Positions 1-9,848 of a DNA stretch of 32,000 nucleotides are shown one piece after another. The DNA is taken from positions 2,220,001-2,252,000 of the forward strand of contig JAIZWK010000001.1 of the NCBI GenBank assembly GCA_021498095.1. Direction: 5' to 3'. The notes beneath the pieces were generated by a model that had not been told where the DNA came from, did no database searches, and saw only the letters and a list, made by a program, of their open reading frames with translations. Origin of the DNA: Candidatus Harpocratesius repetitus (GTDB taxonomy: Archaea; Asgardarchaeota; Lokiarchaeia; Sigyniarchaeales; Promethearchaeaceae). Position 1 is the stretch's first letter; each line of letters begins with the position of its first letter. A program made the translations under genes and the position numbers.

Positions 1-1
1 G

Positions 2-769
2 AGAAAAATAACTCCCAACAAACCGATTGTGTTATGGAAAGGGGGACAATCAGAAAGAGGAATAACGGCAACTTTTTCTCATACTGGAGGAATGGCTGGA
101 AGATACGATGTTTGGAAGGCAATGTGTAAGCAATCTGGAATAATACTGGCGGATCATTTTGAATTATTCCAAGATTTAGTTCAAACAATATGTGTCCGAC
201 CATCGCTGCCTAATGGATTACGGGTTGCGATATTAGTAGCTGGTGGTGGAATAGGTGTTGAATTTACGGACACTTTTGAAAAATTCGGATTGGAAATTCC
301 TGATTTTGATCCAGAAACGGTCCAAACCTTATCTGAAATCTTTCCTCATGTTAATACTAATTTTAAAAATCCTGTGGATTTAGGAGAATGGGGTTATAAT
401 CCTGTATTATTTGAAAAAGCACTAGATGCTGTTGTGAAAGATAAAAATGTGGATATTGTAGTTTTCGTTCGAGAACCTGAACGATTTAGAATAATATCAG
501 AATTACTCAATATTCCTGATGCACAAAAAGAAACAATTGATTCATTAGCAAGAATTGCGAAAAAGACAGAAAAACCATTATTCTGCAATCCTAGTATGAA
601 TAAAGATGATACCGAATCTTATAAACTGCGACATGAATTTCAAATTGCTATGATTAAAGCAGGTATACCTGTAATAAATTATATGTTAAATATTCCAAAA
701 ATAATATTACAACTTTGGAATTATCGTAAATTCCTAAAACATGAAATTTTTGATAAAAATATTACTTAA
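2..769 (+). CDS. Acyl-CoA synthetase (NDP-forming) alpha-type subunit, C-terminal part; 5'-truncated by the window edge
   Basis: Frame is open from base 2 (RKITPNKPIVLWKGGQSERG..SHTGGMAG). This matches the KPIVxxKxG..SHTG phospho-His motif; LAGGGG and NPVDLG motifs follow. Confidence 0.85.
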   Translation, partial: RKITPNKPIVLWKGGQSERGITATFSHTGGMAGRYDVWKAMCKQSGIILADHFELFQDLVQTICVRPSLPNGLRVAILVAGGGIGVEFTDTFEKFGLEIPDFDPETVQTLSEIFPHVNTNFKNPVDLGEWGYNPVLFEKALDAVVKDKNVDIVVFVREPERFRIISELLNIPDAQKETIDSLARIAKKTEKPLFCNPSMNKDDTESYKLRHEFQIAMIKAGIPVINYMLNIPKIILQLWNYRKFLKHEIFDKNIT

Positions 770-771
770 AA

Positions 772-1698
772 TTAGACATATATTGGATCTGGTTCAATAC
801 CCGGGCTGATTAATAATTTCATTGTTTTTTTTAAGATATTAATACTATTCTTCATTTCTAATGAAACTTGTTCAGGAGATTTCCACACTACATACAATGG
901 GTACGTCTTACCTTTTTTCTTTATAAAAAATTTAGAAAAATATATTTTACAATCATTGATATTGATTTCTAATTCGCTAATGATATTCAGTGATTCATCG
1001 ATTTTTTGCAGATAAAATAAGATTTGATTATTTAATTCTCTATCAATGTAGATATTTTCTGAGAAAATTGCACCTACTTGATAGAAATTAGAGGTAAAGA
1101 GAAATATTTCGTTAATTTTCCAATTAGATGCAAAATTTCTCAATAACATCTTTACTGGTTGTCTATATTCCATTTCTTCAAATATCGGATCCGAAAAGGC
1201 TGATATAATTGAGATTGGATGCTTGATTGATGTGTTGAAAAATTGATATTTAAAATTTTTTGAATCAAATAAATCTATAATCTTTTTTTGATAAGTAGAA
1301 GCTATTTTATTATATTTTGAAGAATTAGGCTCATCAAATTTATGAAAAAAAATAGAAAACATTTGGAGATGAGATAAATTAGAATTTCTGATTAGTTGAT
1401 TTATAAAATGAATGTTTTCTTGAAATCGTTCTTCATCTTGGATATCAATAACTAAAATAGCTAATTCAACATTATTTAATTCCGATTTTTCATTTTGAAT
1501 AATAAATTCGCGAAAATGAATTTGGCCTGGATAATCCGAAATTATTAAATGATTTCCAAGAAATTCAGAAAAATAGTGCTCGATATTGGTAGTAGGAATA
1601 TTATTGAAATAAGATTGGTAATCACCTCTTAAAATATGGATAATTGATGTCTTTCCTGCATTATCTAATCCTAAAAGAGCTATTTTTTCTAGAGCCAA
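772..1698 (-). CDS. Small Ras-superfamily GTPase (Arf/Rag-like) with a ~130-aa C-terminal putative roadblock/longin-like domain
   Basis: G1 GLDNAGKT, G2 PTT, G3 DYPGQ, G4 HKFD, G5 TSI. The C-terminal extension has an alpha/beta pattern as in Rag-type GTPases. Confidence 0.85.
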   Translation of the reverse strand: MALEKIALLGLDNAGKTSIIHILRGDYQSYFNNIPTTNIEHYFSEFLGNHLIISDYPGQIHFREFIIQNEKSELNNVELAILVIDIQDEERFQENIHFINQLIRNSNLSHLQMFSIFFHKFDEPNSSKYNKIASTYQKKIIDLFDSKNFKYQFFNTSIKHPISIISAFSDPIFEEMEYRQPVKMLLRNFASNWKINEIFLFTSNFYQVGAIFSENIYIDRELNNQILFYLQKIDESLNIISELEININDCKIYFSKFFIKKKGKTYPLYVVWKSPEQVSLEMKNSINILKKTMKLLISPGIEPDPIYV

Positions 1699-1859
1699 TT
1701 TTGATTACCAAATATATATAGGAATAATTAGAATTTTAATGAAAGTTCTTGCAAATATTCCAAATATAATTCCAAATTCTTAATAAACTTCCAAATTCAT
1801 AATATATTTTCAGATATGCATACAAATAATGAAAAAAAAAGAATGAAAATGGAATATTA

Positions 1860-3170
1860 TTAGCGATTACTCTCATATTCAGAAAAGAGTGTTGTAAATA
1901 TCTCAGGAATTAGTCGCATTTTTTCAGGTGTTTCTACGTATGCAATCCGCATTTGAGTCTTTCCTGGATTATTCTCAGGATCTTCAACGCTATAAAATCC
2001 CGCCATTGGAGCAACTAAAAGAGTATATAATTCTCCATCGATTGACACCTTTCCTTTTGTAGTGCAATACATAACAAAATCTGATGCATCAAAACCTGGT
2101 TTAGCAACATTTCTAACATCTATGACTGAATATATTGAAGCATCTGGACTTGAAACAATTAACCCTGGCATCCATTCGCTAAATTCTTCTTTAAGGGTTT
2201 TTCCAATTGATTTATAATAATTTCGCTGCTTTTTAAACCATTGATTCAATTGTTCATGAGACTCGTGAGCTAAAGCTCCAAATACATATTGAGCTAAAAC
2301 AGGAGCACATAGATTTGCTGTTTGTTCAAAAACACATTTTTGATGAAATTCTTCATTATCTGTTACAATCGCACCGATTCGTAATCCGCAGGCATTCCAT
2401 ACTTTACTTGCAGTCTCAATACTGATTCTGCGACCTTCAATTCCTGGTACAATATCATCAGTAAGTCCCCAGATACTTGTGGGTTTTGCATCAAGATAGT
2501 ATAATTCTCGGTAAGCTTCATCACTAATCATCCAAATATTGTATTTGACACATAATTTGGCGAGTTCTACCATTGTTTCATGATCCAAGAAATGTCCCGT
2601 TGGATTGTCATAAGGAATAACAACCAAGGCTCCTGGTTGTTTTTCTTTAATTAATTTTTCAATTTCTACAATATCTGGTAATGCAAATTTTCCATTTTCT
2701 AATAATTTGCGAGAAATTGAAATCGTTGCCCTTCCAGTGCGGTTGCACATAGATTTATAATTTGTATAAGCCGCATCTATTAAGAATAAGGGTTTTATAT
2801 TAGTTCCTGCATTTCCACAAGTTCCAACAATTACTAATTCCATAGCATGACTCCCCCCGTCAGTAATTTGTGAAAACAAATTTTGAGTAGGGAAGCCACT
2901 TGCTGCAATAATATTTAAAAAGGCTTGATTTGTTTCATCTAAGCCAACAGTCGCAGAATATTTCAATATACCATTATGAAATGGGCTATCATTATTTGTT
3001 ATATTTTGGAGGCGCTTAAACATCGTAGGATGCATAGGTAGGCTAACATTTCCTATTGCAACATTGATAGGTTGAACCTTATCGGTTCGCTTTGTAAATT
3101 CAATTTGAGCCATTCGAATATCTGATGGTTTCCGATTTTGAAATAGATTTGAAAGATGCGGTTTTGCCAT
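1860..3170 (-). CDS. PLP-dependent class I/II aminotransferase (aspartate aminotransferase-like)
   Basis: YDNPTG, SDEAYREL, and SKVWNACGLRIG containing the PLP lysine; C-terminal RIAY. Confidence 0.9.
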   Translation of the reverse strand: MAKPHLSNLFQNRKPSDIRMAQIEFTKRTDKVQPINVAIGNVSLPMHPTMFKRLQNITNNDSPFHNGILKYSATVGLDETNQAFLNIIAASGFPTQNLFSQITDGGSHAMELVIVGTCGNAGTNIKPLFLIDAAYTNYKSMCNRTGRATISISRKLLENGKFALPDIVEIEKLIKEKQPGALVVIPYDNPTGHFLDHETMVELAKLCVKYNIWMISDEAYRELYYLDAKPTSIWGLTDDIVPGIEGRRISIETASKVWNACGLRIGAIVTDNEEFHQKCVFEQTANLCAPVLAQYVFGALAHESHEQLNQWFKKQRNYYKSIGKTLKEEFSEWMPGLIVSSPDASIYSVIDVRNVAKPGFDASDFVMYCTTKGKVSIDGELYTLLVAPMAGFYSVEDPENNPGKTQMRIAYVETPEKMRLIPEIFTTLFSEYESNR

Positions 3171-3277
3171 AAGAAAATCAATTATTAAGAATTCTACATT
3201 ATTATTAAACGTTTTAAGGAAAGTATTATTCCAAAGAATATTTTATATAGCTTTTACTTCATAACTTAATATAATAA

Positions 3278-5986
3278 TTGGTGAACTTCTTGAAAGATAC
3301 TCTCCAAAAATCACATAATTATAAGAACTCATTTATTGATAGCATTATCCAGAAATTTAAATTGATAATGATTGTTTTTACTGTTAAAAAAGGAGAGTAT
3401 CATCTTGATTATATCTCAGAAAGCATCAAAATGTACGGTTATACTCCAAAAGATTTTAAAACAGATAAGGATTTTATGAAAACCATATTTTTTCAAGAAG
3501 ATTATTCATTTTTAATGAAGAGATATCATAATGCTTTAAGGAACCAAGAAAAATTTTTTCAAAGTGAATATCGAATTTGGTCAAAAGAACGAAAACTCTT
3601 TTGGATTCGTGATTTAACATATTTAGATTATAATTCTAAAGGTGAATTGATTAGAAATGAATCTATATGGATGGATATAACTAAAGAAAAAACAAAGCAA
3701 TTTGAAATTGAAGATCTAACGAGAATGAACCAAAATATCTTGGAATTAATGAATGATGCAACAGCAATTACAAATAGCGAGAATAAATTTACTTATATAA
3801 ATCCTGCATTTTCACGATTACTCGAAAATAAAAGTGATCAATTTCTTGATATAAATCTATTAACAATCATTTCTCCAGAATATCGAAATCAACTTTATAA
3901 ATTTTTGAAAGAAGAAAAGGCAATAATCAAAAAAAGTTGGGAAACTAAAATTGTTACTGCAAAAAGCATTGAACTTGATGCAGATGTGTCTTTACAGAAA
4001 TTGTATAATCGAAATGGTGATTATCTTGGGGTTTTAATGGTTATACATGATATTTCAGAATTAAAAAAAGCTGAAAATGATTTGCTTAGAACACAAACCC
4101 GATATTGGTCATTATTTGAATCAGCAAATGAAGCATTCTTTGTTATAAAAAATGATAGAATCGAAGAATGTAATAAAAAAGCTGCTGAATTGTTCCAATG
4201 TGATAAAGAAAAATTAATTGGGATGTATTTTGCCGATTTATCCAATAATGAAGGTATTTCTGATGAGATATTTCGGAAGAAATTCCACCAAATTTTCAAA
4301 AATCTAAAATATGGAGAAGAAATTGAATTTCAGTATACATATTGTAGAAATTCTGGTAAAACATTTGAAGCAAATACAAAATTGTCTCATATTCAAAATT
4401 TTAATGAATCTTATATATTTGCAATTTTAGATGATAACAGTTTTCAACGAAATCTTCAAATTGCTCTTGCAGAAGAGCGAAACCTTCTCCAGACTACCTT
4501 GAGTAATATTCAAGAAGCCCTAATTTCTTTGAATGCTGAAGGTAAAATTCTTCTTTTTAATCGCATGGCTGAAAAATTAACTGGTTGGAAAGTTAAAGAT
4601 GCTTTAGGAAAAAATTTGAATGAAATCTTAAAGTGCTTTCATTTTGAAAATAATACTCTTTCACTTGATCTATTCAATGAAATTCAACAGAAATTAATTG
4701 GTTCAAAATCCACTTTTTATGAAGATCGAATGATTATCCTTACAAAATCTAACTTCATTCGTAAAATTTCATTTCATTGCTCTATCATGACTCAGTATAA
4801 AAAGAAAATCCAAGGTTTTGTAATTGTTTTTCGAGACATTTCAATTGAAGAAAAAATCCGAGAAGAAGCATTCAAATCACAAAAAATGGAATCTATTGGA
4901 CTTTTAGCTGGAGGAATTGCTCATGATTTTAATAATATCCTTACTTCAATTTTAGGAAATATTTCAATTGCAAAATTGGAAATTGACCCAAAAAATGAAG
5001 AAATACAGCAATTACTCGAAGAAACTGAGAATGCTATTCATCGTGCAAATCGTTTAACAAAACAATTGTTAACATTCTCGAAAGGTGGTGCACCAATTAA
5101 AAAAATTACTTCATTAAAAGAAGTGATTGAAGAAAATGCAAAATTTGCTTTAAGGGGTTCAAAAATTAAATTGTTTATTCAAATTGCGCCTGATTTATGG
5201 AATGTTGAAGTTGATGAGGGTCAAATTGGTCAATGTATCCATAACATCCTTATTAATGCATTACAAGCTATGCCTAATGGAGGAAATATTATAGTTGAAG
5301 CTAGAAACGTTGAAGAATCGGAGAAAACACCCGTAATGCCAGCAAATCAAAAATTCATCGTTATTTCAATAATGGATCAAGGATGTGGCATACCTCCTGA
5401 AATACAAGCTAAAATATTCGATCCTTATTTTACAACTAAAGAAAATGGAACAGGTTTGGGATTAGCCATTGTCTATTCTATTATCTCAAATCATAATGGA
5501 TTCATTACTTTAGATTCAAAAGTCGGAGAAGGAACCATTTTTTACTTATATCTTCCTGCAGTTGAAAAAATTGCTAATATTGAACCTAAAAAGAAAAAAT
5601 CTCTTCAAGTTCGATCAGGGAATATTTTAATAATGGATGATGATCAGAATATTCGAAATATTTTTGAAAAAATGCTAAAAAGATTAGGATTTAAAGTAGA
5701 TTTTACAAAAGAAGGTAGAGAATTAATCTCATTCTATAAAGAACAATTATCAAAAAATATAATATATGATTACCTGATTTTAGATTTAACCATTCCAGGA
5801 GGAATGGGAGGAAAGGAAACAGCAGAAAAAATTCTTCAATTAAATCCAAAACAAAAAATTATTGTCACATCCGGTTATTCTACTGATCCTGTTATGGCAA
5901 ATTATAAATCATATGGGTTTATTGATCGATTGGAGAAGCCATTTAATATTTATTCATTAAGTAAGATATTCGAAAATTTTAACTAA
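3278..5986 (+). CDS. Cytoplasmic multi-PAS hybrid sensor histidine kinase with C-terminal receiver domain
   Basis: About four PAS/PAC repeats, H-box AHDFNNILT, N-box NILINALQAM, DQGCGI, FDPYFTTK, GTGLGL; receiver motifs ILIMDDD, LDLTIPGG, KPF. Start may be GTG 3278 or ATG 3368. Confidence 0.92.
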   Translation: MVNFLKDTLQKSHNYKNSFIDSIIQKFKLIMIVFTVKKGEYHLDYISESIKMYGYTPKDFKTDKDFMKTIFFQEDYSFLMKRYHNALRNQEKFFQSEYRIWSKERKLFWIRDLTYLDYNSKGELIRNESIWMDITKEKTKQFEIEDLTRMNQNILELMNDATAITNSENKFTYINPAFSRLLENKSDQFLDINLLTIISPEYRNQLYKFLKEEKAIIKKSWETKIVTAKSIELDADVSLQKLYNRNGDYLGVLMVIHDISELKKAENDLLRTQTRYWSLFESANEAFFVIKNDRIEECNKKAAELFQCDKEKLIGMYFADLSNNEGISDEIFRKKFHQIFKNLKYGEEIEFQYTYCRNSGKTFEANTKLSHIQNFNESYIFAILDDNSFQRNLQIALAEERNLLQTTLSNIQEALISLNAEGKILLFNRMAEKLTGWKVKDALGKNLNEILKCFHFENNTLSLDLFNEIQQKLIGSKSTFYEDRMIILTKSNFIRKISFHCSIMTQYKKKIQGFVIVFRDISIEEKIREEAFKSQKMESIGLLAGGIAHDFNNILTSILGNISIAKLEIDPKNEEIQQLLEETENAIHRANRLTKQLLTFSKGGAPIKKITSLKEVIEENAKFALRGSKIKLFIQIAPDLWNVEVDEGQIGQCIHNILINALQAMPNGGNIIVEARNVEESEKTPVMPANQKFIVISIMDQGCGIPPEIQAKIFDPYFTTKENGTGLGLAIVYSIISNHNGFITLDSKVGEGTIFYLYLPAVEKIANIEPKKKKSLQVRSGNILIMDDDQNIRNIFEKMLKRLGFKVDFTKEGRELISFYKEQLSKNIIYDYLILDLTIPGGMGGKETAEKILQLNPKQKIIVTSGYSTDPVMANYKSYGFIDRLEKPFNIYSLSKIFENFN

Positions 5987-6032
5987 ACATACATTGTATA
6001 TTTTTATAATAAATACATTAGAGGGAAATTCG

Positions 6033-7100
6033 ATGGAAAACTTACAGAATTTGTTAAAACTAAAAGAAACTGAGATTGAAAAATTAAATGATATTAAGAA
6101 AACTCTCAAAAGAAAAGTTATTGAATTAAATGATAAAATTTCGCTGAAAGAAATGAAAATTTCAACTCTCAGTAAAGAGAATCAAGAAATTAAAGAAAAA
6201 GTGAATAGTTTAGAATCTGAAATCCAAAAAACAAAAGAAGATTTAAAGAAACTATCATCGATCAAATCGCTAAATGAACAAGAAATTACTAAAGAGTTAG
6301 GTAATGGATCAACTGTCCCTTCTACTTCAGTTGAATTGGAAAAATTAATTCAGAGTCTTCATGAAAAAATTGATTTTTTAAATTCTACTTTTATCCAAAA
6401 AATTAATGTTATCGAGAAAAAAATTGAAAAATTGAACCAATCTTTTTCAGTTAATTCAAAAATTACTGATGATTCGAAATCTTTTGAAAAAGACGATTTA
6501 AAAGACCTTAGATCTTCAGCTCCTCCTTCTTCTATTGGAAAAGATCTTGAGTCAAGTAAATTTACTCGAAATTACCGAAAAAACCTAAAACCAAGTTCTT
6601 ATAAAAGTGAAAGAGGATATGAAAAAAAGCCGTCAACCCTTAAGAAACAAGTATATTCTAATTCACGTGATAACTTAAAACCAATTAAAAAGAAAATAAT
6701 TGCACCAATTGTTAATGCAGAAAAAATCAACCAAATTGTAAACCAAAAACCTAATTTGGAAGCAGAACAAAAAAATATATCATCTCAACTTCAACCATCC
6801 ATACCAGATGAGTACACTAAACCTGAGGGGCCTTCACCTACTATATCTCAAAATCGTACTTTACATTCTAATGTACAAGCAAGTATTGATGCAGGTTCTC
6901 ATTATTCCGCAAAAATGGGAAAGTATGGGGTTCCCACAATTCCTTATCCTGAAAATGGTTTTATTAAATGTCCAAAATGTGGTGGTAATAATTTTCAAGA
7001 GATGGAGAATAAAAAGAAAATCGTGATGTACAATCCCCGTAAATATGGAAAAAAATATTATTGTAAAGATTGTCGTACTGAGTGGGATTATGAATATTAA
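6033..7100 (+). CDS. Coiled-coil protein with S/T/P/K-rich linker and C-terminal zinc ribbon
   Basis: Heptad-rich N-terminal ~130 aa; C-terminal CPKC-x25-CKDC. ATG at 6033 is preferred over the TTG at 5994. Confidence 0.75.
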   Translation: MENLQNLLKLKETEIEKLNDIKKTLKRKVIELNDKISLKEMKISTLSKENQEIKEKVNSLESEIQKTKEDLKKLSSIKSLNEQEITKELGNGSTVPSTSVELEKLIQSLHEKIDFLNSTFIQKINVIEKKIEKLNQSFSVNSKITDDSKSFEKDDLKDLRSSAPPSSIGKDLESSKFTRNYRKNLKPSSYKSERGYEKKPSTLKKQVYSNSRDNLKPIKKKIIAPIVNAEKINQIVNQKPNLEAEQKNISSQLQPSIPDEYTKPEGPSPTISQNRTLHSNVQASIDAGSHYSAKMGKYGVPTIPYPENGFIKCPKCGGNNFQEMENKKKIVMYNPRKYGKKYYCKDCRTEWDYEY

Positions 7101-7109
7101 TTTTTTTTT
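7101..7109 (+). terminator. Oligo-T tract, probable archaeal-type terminator
   Basis: T9 run immediately after the stop at 7100. Confidence 0.4.
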
Positions 7110-7160
7110 AAATTTAGAAAATTTAATGAAAAACTTGATCACTTCGAATAATTTTCATTT

Positions 7161-8189
7161 ATGTTGACAGATATGCCGATTACAGTTGGAAAACCGATTA
7201 CAATTGATGGTGATACCTATTTCATCGAAAGAATATTAGATATAGGTGGTCTTTCGAGGGTATATTTGGGAATAAATCAAAAAAATCAAGAAAAAGTTGC
7301 GATAAAAGAATTTATTTATCAAAATTTTTATAACAAATTAACTCACGAGAATGATATTGATGATTTTTTCGATAATGAAGTTATCAATACCCAAGCACAA
7401 GCACGCAGTCCATATAAAACTATGAAAGTGCTTCATTATGAGAAACGTCTAAATTTAGAGACTCCAGAATATTATATTGTTTTTTCTTATATTGAAGGAA
7501 AAACATTCCTTGATTTTTATCGTGAATTTATACAATCCTGTCGGGGATTAGCCCATTTAGATTTAGCTAGTATTGTCCGATATATATTTCTTCCTCTTGT
7601 TGATTTACTCGATTACTGTCATAATCAAGAATATATAATTCACCGAGACTTTTCAGTTAAAAACATCATGATTCAAACTAATGAAGAAGGTGATTTTTGG
7701 CCAATTTTAATTGATTGGGGTGTTTCAAAATATGTTGGACCAGAATGGATATATTTTACTCCAAAACCTTATATGACTCCAGAAATGCCTCGAGATATTC
7801 CAATTAACCAGAAAGGTGCACCTCCTGAAATAAAATTCGGATATATGCCAACTGCTGCTTCTGACATTTACTATTTAGCTCACTTGATGTATTTTGTTTT
7901 TACTGGTGGAATAATGCGGGAAGATTCTGAGATTTTAAGTGATGAATCTTATGTATTATCTCCGAAAGATGTTAATTGGTTTATACCTGATGGATATAAT
8001 GAAGTTGTGAGAAAAATGACACAGTATGAACCTGCAGATCGCCCAAAGAATATGAAAGAAGTACGAAATATGTTGGAAGAATTAGTAAACATTCAACATA
8101 TTCATTTTGATTTTGAGTTTTTTATGCTAGAGCCTGATACAGATGAACTAACAGGAGAAAGAATCTCTTCTTCAAAAGAACCAAATTAA
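7161..8189 (+). CDS. Stand-alone Hanks-type (eukaryote-like) Ser/Thr protein kinase
   Basis: Gly loop IGGLSRVY, VAIKE, catalytic loop HRDFSVKN, DWG in place of DFG, PPE, SDIYYL, DRP. No transmembrane segment. Confidence 0.88.
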   Translation: MLTDMPITVGKPITIDGDTYFIERILDIGGLSRVYLGINQKNQEKVAIKEFIYQNFYNKLTHENDIDDFFDNEVINTQAQARSPYKTMKVLHYEKRLNLETPEYYIVFSYIEGKTFLDFYREFIQSCRGLAHLDLASIVRYIFLPLVDLLDYCHNQEYIIHRDFSVKNIMIQTNEEGDFWPILIDWGVSKYVGPEWIYFTPKPYMTPEMPRDIPINQKGAPPEIKFGYMPTAASDIYYLAHLMYFVFTGGIMREDSEILSDESYVLSPKDVNWFIPDGYNEVVRKMTQYEPADRPKNMKEVRNMLEELVNIQHIHFDFEFFMLEPDTDELTGERISSSKEPN

Positions 8190-8202
8190 TTTGATTTTTT
8201 GT

Positions 8203-9402
8203 TTAAAGTTCTTTTGAGGGAATTCGTTTTTCAAAATATTCACAGATCTTTTCTGGTGGAATATCGATAAGCTTTACTTGTATTTGTCTTCCCTTTTTTT
8301 CTGCAGTAGGATTTAAGTATTCTTTAAATATTGCCTTTACTGAAGCTAAATTTCGAATATACTTGCGAAAACTCATCTCTACATGCGCTTTATATCCAAG
8401 CTCTTCGCATATCATTTTATAGAATTCATAGGATTCATCAACTTTTGTAAATGGATTTCCTGTATGTTTGAGAGTAGATGCTATTGCCCATAAAGTTAGT
8501 TGTTCGTGAAAAGATAAACTATCTAGAATGTCTGCTCTAAAACTTGGGCTTATTGATTCACGAGATTGAAGTACCATATCACTTGTAATTGATGATAAAA
8601 GATGTTCATCAGCATGTAATCCACAAGAACGTAAAATATCAATCCCTGTTCGCATATTTTTTTGTTCGTAAACAATATCCGCAATAAGATCAAGTACACT
8701 ATCTTCTAAAACACCATCACGAAAAGCAAGATTTCTACGATATTGGAGAATTTCGAAACTCTCCTTCTTATTATATGGTTGCATTCGAATCACTTCTTGA
8801 ATTCGACTGCTGATTTTTTCATTATCTACCTTATACCAATCAGATTCCCGAGAAATACAAATTATACAGAACCTTGTATTTTGTTCACCAAAACCAATTG
8901 AAGCATTTAATAAAGCTAAAATATCATCTGGTGGAATTTTATGCACTTCATCTAAAATAATTAACAAAGATTCTTTTCTTTTAATTAATTCTTTCAATAT
9001 TTGCTCCATGATTTCGTTATCGGAATATCCATGTCCAGCACTGTAATGCAAACGTTCAGAAATATGTCTTAAAATACTACTTTTTGTCCGATGTTGTAAA
9101 CAATCATAATACTCAACAGTTAGTTTAATATCGTCTTTTAACGCAACTTCTCTGAATTTTTTTCCAAAATAACGTACAGTTAGAGTTTTACCAATTCCAC
9201 CTTTTCCGAGCACAAGAGTATTTGTTGAAAACTCACCCCTTGTGGTAATAATAGGGCGATGGATTAGTAATAGTTTTTTTAATTCATTTTGCCGACATAA
9301 TAATTTTTGTTTGTTATTTGGAACCCAAGCTTGATTTAAACTTTGCTGATCCTTAAAAACTGATTCTGTTTTCAAATATTTAGAAAAAATTTCATCGTCC
9401 AT
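8203..9402 (-). CDS. cdc6: Cdc6/Orc1 family replication initiator (AAA+ ATPase with winged helix)
   Basis: Walker A GKGGIGKT, Walker B IILDEVH, SSRI arginine finger, PY motif, sensor-2 NMRTGID, C-terminal winged helix, about 400 aa. Confidence 0.92.
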   Translation of the reverse strand: MDDEIFSKYLKTESVFKDQQSLNQAWVPNNKQKLLCRQNELKKLLLIHRPIITTRGEFSTNTLVLGKGGIGKTLTVRYFGKKFREVALKDDIKLTVEYYDCLQHRTKSSILRHISERLHYSAGHGYSDNEIMEQILKELIKRKESLLIILDEVHKIPPDDILALLNASIGFGEQNTRFCIICISRESDWYKVDNEKISSRIQEVIRMQPYNKKESFEILQYRRNLAFRDGVLEDSVLDLIADIVYEQKNMRTGIDILRSCGLHADEHLLSSITSDMVLQSRESISPSFRADILDSLSFHEQLTLWAIASTLKHTGNPFTKVDESYEFYKMICEELGYKAHVEMSFRKYIRNLASVKAIFKEYLNPTAEKKGRQIQVKLIDIPPEKICEYFEKRIPSKEL

Positions 9403-9644
9403 GCTAAAATCTTATCCTCGATTGCTGATTCTCTGAACTGTTATCCCTTTCTTAGTACTAGTGAAATCTTATTCTTCTAAAAATTTACCTCTTTCTGATT
9501 GATTCTTTTCATTATCAAAAAATTTTGGACTTTATTATATTAACAGGTGAATTGTATCTGTAATCTTTTAAATTAGTTGCATTTTTAGTAAAAATAATTA
9601 AATAAATTAGAATAAAAAAGAAAAAGAATTGTATTTTTGCTTTA

Positions 9645-9848
9645 TTAATGCTTTTTACTGCTTTCATACCATTTAAGATATTCCATTTTCATGCGGTGAC
9701 GATGATGGGCATCATCATTTGTGTGTTCTCTAATCTTGTCCCATGCCTTATCATACTCTGAACCTGTTAGAGAAAGTCCGCAAGTTTCACAAATTTTACG
9801 TTTCATTCGAGAAATCATATTCCCGCCGCATTCTGGACATTTAGCCAT
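9645..9848 (-). CDS. Small zinc-ribbon protein (67 aa)
   Basis: CPEC-x12-CETC followed by a helical tail; GGA-like element upstream of the ATG. Confidence 0.75.
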   Translation of the reverse strand: MAKCPECGGNMISRMKRKICETCGLSLTGSEYDKAWDKIREHTNDDAHHRHRMKMEYLKWYESSKKH

